A stretch of 64,000 nucleotides of DNA from an uncultured Oscillibacter sp. (GCA_910585165.1 CAJUBX010000001.1:6247-70246), one strand, 5' to 3'; numbered from the stretch's first letter, positions 1 to 8,764 are shown. Notes: a model not told the origin generated them from the sequence alone. Numbers and translations are program-made.

Positions 1-11
1 TTCCTGGAAAA

Positions 12-94
12 TTTCGTCACCTTGACGAAAACGGACCCGATGTTGTCAAAGATTTAACGAAATTGTAAAACCTGACGAAAGCCCATTGACGAAA
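12..94. promoter_or_regulatory. Repeated TGACGAAA motif upstream of the thiolase gene (candidate operator set)
   Basis: Perfect inverted repeat TTTCGTCA-cct-TGACGAAA at 12-30, plus direct copies of TGACGAAA at 73-80 and 87-94. The last copy overlaps the -35 box. Confidence 0.35.
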
Positions 95-114
95 TGGGAA
101 GGAGTCTCTATAAT
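86..114 (+). promoter_or_regulatory. Sigma-A type promoter for the thiolase gene
   Basis: TTGACG (86-91), 17-nt spacer, TATAAT (109-114), about 120 nt upstream of the ATG at 236. Confidence 0.45.
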
Positions 115-235
115 GATATGAAGAGAGAGGCGGTCAACGGCTTGTCAAAAAATTGGCAATCCAAACCCCTGTCTCGCCCGTTGAGACTCCGGCGGCCCGC
201 CGAGCCGCCAAAATATTACAAAACGGAGGAACATC

Positions 236-1492
236 ATGAAAGATCTTTATGTCGTGAACTGCTGCCGTACCGCCATCGGCTCCTTTGGCGGCAGTCTGAA
301 GAACACTCCCGCCGCGGAGCTGGGCGCGATCGTGGTGAAGGAGGCCCTGAACCGCGCCGGCGTCGCGCCGGAGAACGTGGATGAGGTCATGTTCGGCTGC
401 ATCCTTACCGCCGCTCAGGGCCAGAACGTGGCCCGCCAGGTCTCCATCAAGGCCGGCATCCCCTATTCTGTTCCCGCTTACACGGTGGGCATGGTCTGCG
501 GCTCCGGCATGAAGTCTCTCATCGAGGGCGCCCGTTCCATTCTGGCCGGGGATGCGGACGTGGTCGTCTGCGGCGGCACCGAGAATATGAGCGCCGCGCC
601 GTTTGCCTCCATGGACGCCCGCTGGGGCGCCCGCATGGGCGACAAGAAGCTGGTGGACACCATGATCAAGGACGGCCTGTGGGATGCGTACAACAACTAC
701 CACATGGGCACCACCGCTGAAAACATCAATGACATCTGGGGCATCAGCCGCCAGGAGCAGGACGAGTTCGCCGCCGCCTCCCAGCAGAAGACCGAGGCCG
801 CCCAGGCCGCAGGCAAGTTCGAGGCCGAAATCGTTCCCGTTCCCGTGAAGGTGAAAAAGCAGGTGGTGGACTTCAAGGTTGACGAGTTCCCCAAGGCCGG
901 CGTGACCGCCGAGGGCATCGCCAAGCTGCGCGGCGCGTTCCCTGTGGGCCCCGAGTCCCCCAATCCCGAAGTGGTCCACACCTTCGAGGTCACCGGCAAG
1001 AAGGAGACCGAGGATAAGGGCCAGCAGCGTGTCACCGCCGCCAACGCCTCCGGCATCAACGACGGCGCGGCCGCCATCATTCTGGCTTCCGGCGAGGCTG
1101 TAGAGAAGTACGGCCTGAAGCCCATGGCCAAGCTCATCGGCTGGGGCCAGGGCGGCGTGGATCCCAAGATCATGGGCGTGGGCCCCGTGCCCGCCTCCCG
1201 TCAGGCCATGGCGAAAGCCGGCGTGACCATCGACGACATCGACCTCATCGAGGCCAACGAGGCCTTTGCCGCCCAGTCCATCGCCGTGGGCCGGGAGCTG
1301 GGCTTCGACCCCGCCAAACTGAATGTCAACGGCGGTGCCATCGCTCTGGGCCACCCTGTGGGCGCTTCCGGCGCGCGGATCATCGTCACTCTGCTCCACG
1401 AGATGCAGAAGCGTCCCGAGGCCAAGAAGGGTCTGGCCACCCTCTGCATCGGCGGCGGCATGGGCGTCGCTACCGTCTTCGAGAAGTGCTGA
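236..1492 (+). CDS. thlA: Acetyl-CoA C-acetyltransferase (thiolase II), 418 aa with an extra internal segment
   Basis: Thiolase motifs: VCGSGMKS (active-site Cys), NASGINDGAAA, NVNGGAIALGHPVGASG, CIGGGMG. RBS GGAGGA lies before the ATG. Confidence 0.95.
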   Translation: MKDLYVVNCCRTAIGSFGGSLKNTPAAELGAIVVKEALNRAGVAPENVDEVMFGCILTAAQGQNVARQVSIKAGIPYSVPAYTVGMVCGSGMKSLIEGARSILAGDADVVVCGGTENMSAAPFASMDARWGARMGDKKLVDTMIKDGLWDAYNNYHMGTTAENINDIWGISRQEQDEFAAASQQKTEAAQAAGKFEAEIVPVPVKVKKQVVDFKVDEFPKAGVTAEGIAKLRGAFPVGPESPNPEVVHTFEVTGKKETEDKGQQRVTAANASGINDGAAAIILASGEAVEKYGLKPMAKLIGWGQGGVDPKIMGVGPVPASRQAMAKAGVTIDDIDLIEANEAFAAQSIAVGRELGFDPAKLNVNGGAIALGHPVGASGARIIVTLLHEMQKRPEAKKGLATLCIGGGMGVATVFEKC

Positions 1493-1616
1493 GCTGATTT
1501 GATTTTGCGGGGCAGAATCCAACCGGCATAAGTCCCCAAAAGGGAAAAGCAGTCAAAGGCCATTCGCCCGCTCTGGTGTTTGGCCGGGCTGAAATCGGCA
1601 CAGAATTTCAAATTTT

Positions 1617-1642
1617 AAAGAGGGACCTTTGGGTCCCTCTTT
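1617..1642 (+). terminator. Stem-loop after the thiolase gene
   Basis: aaagagggacc-ttt-gggtccctcttt. The trailing T-tract is weak. Confidence 0.45.
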
Positions 1643-1660
1643 GGTTATCGGAGAGACAAG

Positions 1661-2059
1661 ATGAATGAACATTTTTTAGGCTTGGGCCATGTGGCCGTTT
1701 ACACCCGGGATATCGGGGAGAGCATCGCCTTCTATGAGAAGCTGGGCGGCGCGGTGACGGGGCGGGGCGGCGTGCCCACGCTGGAGGGGGAGAAAAAGCT
1801 GGCGCTGGTGCGCTTTGGCGGTATCACGCTGGAGCTGATTCAAAGCCCCGCCGCTATGCCCATGGGGGAGGGGAACGTCCCCCACTTCGCCCTCCTGGTG
1901 GACGATCTGGACGCCGCCGCCGAGGCGGTGCGGGCGGCTGGGATAAATACCTTTCTGACGCCGGGAAAAAAGGTCCTGCCGGCTCTCTTCGGCGGCTTGC
2001 AGAACTGGTTCTTTACCGGCCCGTCAGGAGAGCAGATTGAGCTGCTGCAAATGCTGTAA
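1661..2059 (+). CDS. VOC (glyoxalase/bleomycin-resistance/dioxygenase) family protein
   Basis: 132 aa. Starts LGLGHVAVYTRDIGESIAFYEKLG and ends FFTGPSGEQIELLQ, the typical VOC fold signature. Confidence 0.8.
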   Translation: MNEHFLGLGHVAVYTRDIGESIAFYEKLGGAVTGRGGVPTLEGEKKLALVRFGGITLELIQSPAAMPMGEGNVPHFALLVDDLDAAAEAVRAAGINTFLTPGKKVLPALFGGLQNWFFTGPSGEQIELLQML

Positions 2060-2064
2060 AGGGA

Positions 2065-2290
2065 AAGGGCTTTCGCCAATAGGCGAAAGCCCTTCAGGCT
2101 GTTGAGAAACCTGTAAGAGTTGTTCAACAGGAAGGAAGGGTGTAGGGCGGGAAACCCAGGAAGGGTTTCCTGCACTATTGAAATCCTAAATTTTCAGAAC
2201 TTTTTGAAGTTCTGAAAATTTGTAGCAGCTTGTTGAAAAGACTTTTTCGACAAGCTGAGGGCTTTCACCAATTGGTGAAAGCCCTTTCTT
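2065..2290. terminator. Cluster of four consecutive hairpins between convergent genes
   Basis: gggctttcgcc-aatag-gcgaaagccc (2067-2092), ggaaaccc-agga-agggtttcc, an AT-rich palindrome around 2185-2222 plus cagcttgt..acaagctg, and gggctttcacca-at-tggtgaaagccc (2258-2285). The first and last hairpins are near-copies of each other. Confidence 0.4.
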
Positions 2291-2303
2291 TGCTAGAAGC
2301 GGT

Positions 2304-2543
2304 TCAGCGGAACAATTTCCGCGCCACCCAGATAAACAAACACGCGCCCGCCACGTCTACAATCAGGTTGGCGAACCAGCCATAGGCATAGAAACCGAAC
2401 AGGCCGAAGACCGTGCTGCCCACGGCAGACCCGACAATGCCGATGATGATATTTCGAAGAAATCCGCCGTCGGCGTCCATCAGCTTCCCGGCAATCCAGC
2501 CTACCAGTGCGCCCATAATCAGGGAACCAAGCAGATGAAACAT
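2304..2543 (-). CDS. GlsB/YeaQ/YmgE family small membrane protein
   Basis: 79 aa. Gly-rich TM segments LIMGALVGWIAGKLM...IIIGIVGSAVG are typical of transglycosylase-associated proteins. Confidence 0.8.
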   Translation of the reverse strand: MFHLLGSLIMGALVGWIAGKLMDADGGFLRNIIIGIVGSAVGSTVFGLFGFYAYGWFANLIVDVAGACLFIWVARKLFR

Positions 2544-2561
2544 TGCAAAGACCTTCCTTCC

Positions 2562-3185
2562 TCAATCTTTAATATATTCCCGAACCCGGTAAACCGCGCC
2601 AATCTCCTCCTCGCAGATTTTGCGGCAGCTTTCAATCTCCTCCTTGGGGATCGTGTCCACCACCGTCATCATCACCGTGGGAACGTATCGCCGCAGTTCC
2701 TTGGCAAAGGCTTTCATCGCCTCATAGGCCCCGCTTTGCACCGGGTGGCAGAGGGCGTTGTATTTCTCCGCCGTGTCGGTATTCAGGGAGATGGACACCA
2801 TGTCGAAGCGCCCGGCAAAGTCCGGGCAGATGTCCCGGCCGTGGATGAGATTTCCGGTGCCGTTGGTGTCCATGCGGACGAAGGGCTTTTTGCCCTTGGC
2901 CTTCAGTTGATCGATGACCCAGCAGATGTCGCCGATCCGGTAGCTGGGTTCGCCGAAGCCGCAGAAGACCAGCTGTTTGTATTGGGAGAGGTCCCGGCGC
3001 TCGATGTCCGCCAGGATTTCCTCTTTTGTGGGCTCCCGCTTGAGCCAGAGATTGTCGTTGTAGATGCTGCCGTTGCTGGCCCCGTTGTGCCGGAGGCAGA
3101 ACTCACAGTTGAAGTTGCAGCGGTTCGTAGTGTTGACATACAGGTTTTCCCCGTATTCGTAGGTAATGGTGAATCCTTTTTCCAT
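2562..3185 (-). CDS. Radical SAM protein (TatD-associated type)
   Basis: 207 aa. CNFNCEFC (CxxxCxxC) cluster near the N-terminus. The family is usually adjacent to tatD; tatD is 2.5 kb away on the same strand. Confidence 0.8.
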   Translation of the reverse strand: MEKGFTITYEYGENLYVNTTNRCNFNCEFCLRHNGASNGSIYNDNLWLKREPTKEEILADIERRDLSQYKQLVFCGFGEPSYRIGDICWVIDQLKAKGKKPFVRMDTNGTGNLIHGRDICPDFAGRFDMVSISLNTDTAEKYNALCHPVQSGAYEAMKAFAKELRRYVPTVMMTVVDTIPKEEIESCRKICEEEIGAVYRVREYIKD

Positions 3186-3197
3186 AGCGGTACTCCT

Positions 3198-4073
3198 TTA
3201 TTGCTCGTCACTGTAAAGGTGAATATCTTGCAGGGTAAATACGCCGCCCCCGTAGCGGACTTTGGCGGAGGTTTCCGCCACGTAGTGGGGAATTGAGCTG
3301 TCCTCGCGGCACAGGGCGAAGGCCCCCCAGAAGGAAAGGGACTCTCCGTCCAAGGAAAAATTTGCGATTAAGCCGGAGGAGGGGGCTGCTTCCAGGTCCA
3401 GGCCCTCGCCGTCGATTTCAACCAGCTCATGGCCCAAAACGGCAAAGGTCCGCCCATTGACCTGCGCCATGTCGAACAGCCCGGGGAGTTGTTCCCGCCA
3501 GAGGCTTTCCGGGAAGGTGTACACCGTCAGAGCCCCGTCCAGGCTTTTTTCCAGAATATGCAGTTCGTCCAGAGAAACCCCGGTGCCGCCGCCCACATGG
3601 CAGATCACGACCAGCTCGTCCTCCTGATCGCCGTCAATATCAATGCAGTCTATCCAGGGCAGGACGATGTTGGGACCGGGAGAAAATATCCAGTCAAATT
3701 CTGCCAGGCAGTCTCCCCAGCGAATCAGGACCTTTTCCACGCCCTCCTCCTCCCAGGGCAGGCCGTAAAAAGCGGCATCCTCCTCAGGAACCTCCGCCAG
3801 CAGGCTGAACATTCCCTCGTAGGCCCATTTCTGCATGTTTCCCCAATAATCCGGATGTTCCTGAGAAGGCGGCAGCTTGTAATTCTCCGCCGGAGCCCGG
3901 CCCTCCGTCACAATGGCGGGGGCGGAAATGGGCTTCAGCGGGCGGGTCTCCGGCAGGGTGAAGCTCGCCTCCGCGGGAGGCACCTCCGGCAAGACCTCCG
4001 GCTCCTCTGGGGCGGGCGCGCCGCAGCCTGTCAGGATCAGCAGAAGAAGCGGGAAAAAGAAACGCTTTTTCAT
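3198..4073 (-). CDS. Lipoprotein, paralog A
   Basis: Signal peptide with lipobox MKKRFFFPLLLLILTGC. Shares N- and C-terminal blocks with the next gene. Confidence 0.75.
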   Translation of the reverse strand: MKKRFFFPLLLLILTGCGAPAPEEPEVLPEVPPAEASFTLPETRPLKPISAPAIVTEGRAPAENYKLPPSQEHPDYWGNMQKWAYEGMFSLLAEVPEEDAAFYGLPWEEEGVEKVLIRWGDCLAEFDWIFSPGPNIVLPWIDCIDIDGDQEDELVVICHVGGGTGVSLDELHILEKSLDGALTVYTFPESLWREQLPGLFDMAQVNGRTFAVLGHELVEIDGEGLDLEAAPSSGLIANFSLDGESLSFWGAFALCREDSSIPHYVAETSAKVRYGGGVFTLQDIHLYSDEQ

Positions 4074-4085
4074 ATGGATATCTCC

Positions 4086-4952
4086 CTATTGGTCGTAACT
4101 GTAAAGGTGAAAGTCCCGCAGGGTAAATATGCCGTCCTGATAGAGGACTTTGGCGGAGGTCCAGGCAGCACGAAGGGGAATCGGGTAGGATTGATAGGTT
4201 AAACAGAATGCGCCCTCGAATCGAAGACCGTCCCATTGCTCCTTGCAGAATGAAGCGAACAGGCCGGAGGAGGGGGCTTCTTCCAGGTCCAGGTCCTCGC
4301 CGTCGATTTCAACCAGCTCATGTCCCAGAACGGCAAAGGTCCGTCCGCTGACTTGCGCCGTGTCGAACAGCCTGGGGAGCTGTTCCCGCCAGAGGCTTTC
4401 CGGGAAGGCGTACGCCGTCAGGGTTCCGTCCGGGTTTTTCTCCAGAATGTGCAGCTCATAAAAAGAAGTGTTTGTCCCGCTGCCAACGTAGCACACAATG
4501 ATGAGCTCGTTTTCCCCGTCGCCGTCCGCATCGAAGCAGTCCATCCAGGGGGGAATCCGCCGGGGCGTAAGGTAGAGCCAATCGAATTCCGCCATACAGT
4601 TGTCCCAGGAAACCAAGACGGTTTCGCCGCCTTCCAGAGCATAAAACGCCGCATTTGCCGGCGGCAGCTCCGCCAGCAGGGCCGGAGACGGGCCAAAGTC
4701 CAAACCAAAATCAAGTTCAGGGTTGTCCAAGTCATACAGTGTTTGGGGAAGCTCATATTTTTCTGCCGGAACCCGGCCCTGCGTCACGATGGCGGGGGCG
4801 GAGATGGGCTCCAGGGGACGGGTCTCCGGCAGAGCTGCGCTCTCCGCCGCGGGAGGCTCCTCCGGCAAGACCTCCGGCTCCTCTGGGGCAGGCGCGCCGC
4901 AGCCGCTCAAAAGTGACAGGGCCAGAAGCAGGGAAAGCGTTCTTTTTTTCAT
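4086..4952 (-). CDS. Lipoprotein, paralog B
   Basis: Start taken at MKKRTLSLLLALSLLSGC (lipobox), with RBS GAGAGG upstream. Paralogous to 3198-4073. Confidence 0.75.
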   Translation of the reverse strand: MKKRTLSLLLALSLLSGCGAPAPEEPEVLPEEPPAAESAALPETRPLEPISAPAIVTQGRVPAEKYELPQTLYDLDNPELDFGLDFGPSPALLAELPPANAAFYALEGGETVLVSWDNCMAEFDWLYLTPRRIPPWMDCFDADGDGENELIIVCYVGSGTNTSFYELHILEKNPDGTLTAYAFPESLWREQLPRLFDTAQVSGRTFAVLGHELVEIDGEDLDLEEAPSSGLFASFCKEQWDGLRFEGAFCLTYQSYPIPLRAAWTSAKVLYQDGIFTLRDFHLYSYDQ

Positions 4953-4960
4953 ACGGCCTC

Positions 4961-5743
4961 TCAGTCCCACCAGAAATACCACTTGTCAGACTTTGCCAGG
5001 GTGTCCGCCAGATATCCCACGGTTCCGCAGCCCTGGTCCACGATGTCCGGGCAGAAGGCGTATTGTTCCAGAGCCAGGGCCATGGCCTCCTCCCGCCGCA
5101 CCGGGGCGGGGAGATCGTATTCCAATACGTCCCGGGTAATCACCGCCGGGACGGCCCCATACTTCTCATACCAATATTTTGCGGCCGCCATTTGCTCCTC
5201 GTTGCAGGGGCACTCGTTCCAGCCTCCGAAGGGGACGTAAGCGAAGACCTCCCAGGGGTTCTTCACCGGGATTTCCGCCAGCGCCAGGGGAATGGTCTTC
5301 CCATGAAAATCGGAGATGCCCAGGAAGCGGTCCACGGTCTCGCCGCCCGCCATTTCGCCGAGGACCTCCTGGTCGGGCCAGTTGAAGCCGTCCTCTGCGT
5401 AGTCCTCCTTACGCTGGTCGGCCATGCGGCGAAGGAGAGCGCCGCCGTCCTCCACCGCCAGGGAGAGAAGCCTTTGCCGGAACGCCTCCGGCGTTTCGCT
5501 CCCCGGCCATTCGAACCCTTCCAGAGGGGAATCCTCTCCAACGGCGACGAGGACGGGGACAAAGTCCGCCGGGGATGCCTGGGTTTTCGCGAAAAGCCGC
5601 CGGAGGATTCCCGTCTGCGGGGAGGTATTTCGCCCCGCCCGCCTCCGGGCTTCCCGGTAGGCGGTGAGGATAGGGGAGGGGTTTTCCATAGGCGGAAATT
5701 CCTTACAGGGGCAGTTCAAAACAGCCGTTTGTTTCTCATACAT
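4961..5743 (-). CDS. DUF4253 domain protein
   Basis: 260 aa. The C-terminal part FAYVPFGGWNECP...YFWWD is typical of DUF4253. Confidence 0.7.
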   Translation of the reverse strand: MYEKQTAVLNCPCKEFPPMENPSPILTAYREARRRAGRNTSPQTGILRRLFAKTQASPADFVPVLVAVGEDSPLEGFEWPGSETPEAFRQRLLSLAVEDGGALLRRMADQRKEDYAEDGFNWPDQEVLGEMAGGETVDRFLGISDFHGKTIPLALAEIPVKNPWEVFAYVPFGGWNECPCNEEQMAAAKYWYEKYGAVPAVITRDVLEYDLPAPVRREEAMALALEQYAFCPDIVDQGCGTVGYLADTLAKSDKWYFWWD

Positions 5744-6533
5744 GGTTTGGAGCCTCCGTTTCCAGCGAGATTTTCGAAAACAGCCGCAGACCGTTTTCCC
5801 AGGTAATCCGGGTCATTTCCTCCGGCGTGACGTTTTTCCACGCCGCCAATTTTTCAATGATATAGGGCAGATTCCGGCTGTCGTTCCGTTTTCCCCGCAG
5901 GGGAACCGGGGAGAGGAAGGGGGAGTCCGTCTCCACGACCATCCGGTCCAGGGGCGTAACGGCAGCGACCTCGGGGGCCTTCTGGGCATTTTTATAGGTG
6001 ATGGGTCCGTCAAAGCCCAGATACCAGCCCCGCTTTAAAAGCGTCTCCGCCATCTCGGGACTGCCGGAGAAGCAGTGGAACACGCCCCGGACGGCGGGAT
6101 ACTCCAGCACAATGGACAAAGAATCCCTGTGGGCCTCCCGGTCGTGGACGATGACGGGCAGGTCCAGCTCAATGGCCAGTTCAATCTGCCGCCGGAAGAC
6201 CATCTGCTGGAACTCCCTGGGAGGGTTGTCCTTCCAATAGTAGTCCAGGCCGATTTCCCCTATTGCCGCCACCTTCTTGTGGCCGCACAGCGTCCGGAGG
6301 GCGGCAAAGTCTGCCTCCCCTGTTCCGGCGCAGTCGGAGGGGTGGATGCCCGCGGCGGCATAGACAAAGGGATACCGCTCCGCCAGGGCTGCGGCGGCCC
6401 GGGAGCTCTCCAAGTCGCAGCCGGGGTCCACCACCAGCCCCACCCCGGCGGCGGGAAGAGCGGAGAGGATCTTGTCCCGGTCAGCGGAGAAGCCGTTTGA
6501 GTCGTAATGGGCATGGGTATCGAAAATGGGCAT
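5736..6533 (-). CDS. tatD: TatD family metal-dependent hydrolase
   Basis: Start set at MPIFDTHAHYD, with AGGAGG 7 nt upstream. Motifs GEIGLDYY, VIVHDREAH and VETDSPFL are present. Confidence 0.9.
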   Translation of the reverse strand: MPIFDTHAHYDSNGFSADRDKILSALPAAGVGLVVDPGCDLESSRAAAALAERYPFVYAAAGIHPSDCAGTGEADFAALRTLCGHKKVAAIGEIGLDYYWKDNPPREFQQMVFRRQIELAIELDLPVIVHDREAHRDSLSIVLEYPAVRGVFHCFSGSPEMAETLLKRGWYLGFDGPITYKNAQKAPEVAAVTPLDRMVVETDSPFLSPVPLRGKRNDSRNLPYIIEKLAAWKNVTPEEMTRITWENGLRLFSKISLETEAPNHV

Positions 6534-6648
6534 GGCGAAACCTCCTGGTAAAACAAAAAGGACATCCGGACGGATGCCCTTTTGGCCTGACGGCCTCCGG
6601 GCATTCACACGGAAGCGTCATTCCCCCGGGAACGGGGATATGGTTGGA

Positions 6649-6912
6649 TCAACCGATCCGATTGAGCTTCAGGGTCATGGCGCTCTTTTTGTGAGCGGCC
6701 GCGTTCTTGTGGAGAACACCCTTCGCCACAGCCTGATCGACCTTCTTCACCGCAACCTTGTAAGCGCCATCGGCATCGGTGCGATTGCCCTCCGCCGCGG
6801 CGGCCTCGAACTTTTTGATCGCGGTCTTGAGATCGGACTTCGTGGCCTTGTTGCGGGCGTTCCTCGCCTTCCCGATGAGGACGCGCTTCTTGGCAGACTT
6901 GATATTCGGCAA
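6649..6912 (-). CDS. rpsT: 30S ribosomal protein S20
   Basis: (L)PNIKSAKKRV N-terminus. TTG start 7 nt after AAGGAGG; the GTG of the track ORF abuts the RBS. Confidence 0.9.
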   Translation of the reverse strand: MPNIKSAKKRVLIGKARNARNKATKSDLKTAIKKFEAAAAEGNRTDADGAYKVAVKKVDQAVAKGVLHKNAAAHKKSAMTLKLNRIG

Positions 6913-7161
6913 ACCAAACACCTCCTTTGGCCGTTGAGTTCATGCGGGCAGGACAAGTCCTACCGTACAGACCTATATTCTAGCAGGGAAAGCTCCAAAA
7001 AGCAAGGTTTTTTTTTCATATTTTCATAAGATTCTAAAAAGCGGAGCAGAGAGGCGTTTCCCGGGGCGCATCCCTGGAGACCTTCCGGCATTTTTCCGGA
7101 ACCGGGCTCATAAACTACAAAGAAACAAGCTGTTAAAAGACTCCAGAAGGAGGAGATGGGC

Positions 7162-8151
7162 ATGACTTCAAGGCAGGCGGGGCGGCGGCTGATGAAGGCG
7201 CGGGCGCGGCGGAGCGTTCGGAGCGCCCGCGGCAGAACCCGGAAAAGCGAGCCCTTGGCGGCAAAGGATTTGCGGCTGATGCTGCGGCTGGTGGCCTGCG
7301 GCGGCATTTTCGTGGCGCTGGTGGCGGCGAAGCTGCTGCTCCCGGCGAAAATGGCGGGCTTCAATGAAAAGCTCTCCGCCGCTATGGAGCGGAATATGGA
7401 TGTTCAGGCGGTATTTTCCGCTGTGGGCCGGGCCTTCTCCGGGGAGCAGGGAGTGGCGGAGGTCTACCAGGCGGTTTTCCAGCCCCAGACGGAAGCCGTT
7501 CAAACCGGAACCGCCGCCTTCCCGGGAGGAGAAGCCCCTTCCGCCTCCGAACAGGAAAATTCCCTGAAAAACGGGACCGTCCGAAGGCCGAAAATCCAGG
7601 ACGGCGCGGCGCTGGAGACCCTGCGCGGTTACCGGGCGGAATCCGGCGCCTCGAAAGAGCCTGAAGCGCCAGAGACCCGGCCGGCTTCCAATTTGGCCTA
7701 TGTCCTCTACTCCCAGGAGAATCTTCCCGAAGGGGTCAGCATGGAGCAGGCCATGTTGGGCTTTGACTACTGCGCCCCGGTGCCCGGGACGGTCAGCTCC
7801 GACTTTGGATACCGGGAACACCCAACGGAGGGGGAGGAGCGGTTTCACTACGGCGTGGACCTGGCGGCGGACACAGGGACGGAGGTGCGCTGTTTTGCCG
7901 ACGGCACCGTTACCGCCGTAGGGGACAGCAGCAGCTACGGCCGCTACTGCATTGTAGCCCACGAGGGAGGCTATTCCACACTCTATGCCCATTGCAGCCG
8001 GATCACGGCTTCTTCCGGCGAGGCGGTAAATCGGGGACAGAAAATCGCCGAGGTGGGGGAGACGGGGATGGCCACCGGGCCCCACCTCCACTTTGAGCTC
8101 CAGAGGGACGGAACCTACCTGAACCCCATTTATTATGTTTCCGCCCTGTAA
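7162..8151 (+). CDS. M23 family metallopeptidase with an N-terminal TM anchor (SpoIVFA-position gene)
   Basis: C-terminal LytM domain with intact HYGVD (HxxxD) and GPHLHFE (HxH). The second ATG has better spacing to GGAGGAG. Confidence 0.85.
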   Translation: MTSRQAGRRLMKARARRSVRSARGRTRKSEPLAAKDLRLMLRLVACGGIFVALVAAKLLLPAKMAGFNEKLSAAMERNMDVQAVFSAVGRAFSGEQGVAEVYQAVFQPQTEAVQTGTAAFPGGEAPSASEQENSLKNGTVRRPKIQDGAALETLRGYRAESGASKEPEAPETRPASNLAYVLYSQENLPEGVSMEQAMLGFDYCAPVPGTVSSDFGYREHPTEGEERFHYGVDLAADTGTEVRCFADGTVTAVGDSSSYGRYCIVAHEGGYSTLYAHCSRITASSGEAVNRGQKIAEVGETGMATGPHLHFELQRDGTYLNPIYYVSAL

Positions 8152-8728
8152 AATCCATGTTAGCGGAGGTTTTGCCGTTCTTGCCCTTTGGTTCGCTCTG
8201 GTCAACGGATGGGAACCCCTGGCCACGGTGCTGGGGGCCGCCGCCGTCCACGAGCTGGGACACTGGGCTTTGCTCCGGGGACAGGGGGCGAAGGTGAGGA
8301 GCGTTCGACTTGGCGTTCTGGGTGCGGTGATGGAAGCGGACAGCGGGCGGCTGACCTATGGCGGGGAACTGGCGGCAGCGCTGGCGGGCCCCGCCGCCAA
8401 CCTTCTGGCGGCGCTGGCTTTGACGGCCCTGGGCGGAAGCCGCTGGCCCGCCGCCGTGGGGGCGAACCTGGTTTTGTGCATATTCAACCTCCTGCCCATC
8501 CGGCCCCTGGACGGAGGCCGGGCCCTGTATCTGCTGGCCTCCTGGGCGAGAGGACCCGGGGCGGGGGAGGCGGCGGCACGCTGGGCGGGAACTGCGGCGG
8601 CTCTGGCTCTGGCGGCGGCGCTGGGGGGTGTAATGTGGGGGACGGGAGGAAGCCTGTGGCTGCTGCCCGCGCTGCTGGCCAGCGTCTATTGGGGCCTCTT
8701 GCCCTGGTTTCCCGGTTCATGCGAATAA
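8135..8728 (+). CDS. M50 family site-2 protease (short SpoIVFB-like, no CBS domain)
   Basis: HELGHW zinc motif and NLLPIRPLDGG motif, multi-TM. Overlaps the M23 gene by 17 nt. Confidence 0.8.
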   Translation: MFPPCKIHVSGGFAVLALWFALVNGWEPLATVLGAAAVHELGHWALLRGQGAKVRSVRLGVLGAVMEADSGRLTYGGELAAALAGPAANLLAALALTALGGSRWPAAVGANLVLCIFNLLPIRPLDGGRALYLLASWARGPGAGEAAARWAGTAAALALAAALGGVMWGTGGSLWLLPALLASVYWGLLPWFPGSCE

Positions 8729-8729
8729 G

Positions 8730-8763
8730 GAAAGGCCCCCGTGTCTGCACGCGGGGGCCTTTC
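8730..8763. terminator. Bidirectional stem-loop
   Basis: aaaggcccccg-(loop)-cgggggccttt between convergent genes. Confidence 0.6.
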
Positions 8764-8764
8764 A

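Larger units (their letters stand above)
3198..4952 (-). repeat. Tandem gene duplication (two lipoprotein paralogs)
   Basis: Blocks about 3371-3560 vs 4261-4450 and about 3890-4070 vs 4770-4960 look nearly identical at DNA level. The middle parts are diverged. Confidence 0.8.

Noticed and set aside
134-1522. Long antisense ORFs. Examples: 134-1522 (-), 9300-10673 (+), 12431-14755 (-, 774 aa), 18706-20364 (-), 25038-26081 (-), 26874-28103 (-), 57896-60121 (+, 741 aa), 61161-62933 (+).
   Set aside because: Each lies opposite a gene with strong, recognisable family motifs. Their products are low-complexity Arg/Gly/Pro/Ala-rich and they lack RBSs. These are typical shadow frames of high-GC DNA.
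2065-2290. Repeated hairpins as a mini CRISPR-like or REP array.
   Set aside because: Only two of the four hairpins resemble each other, there is no regular repeat-spacer periodicity, and the region sits between convergent genes. Terminators are the simpler explanation.
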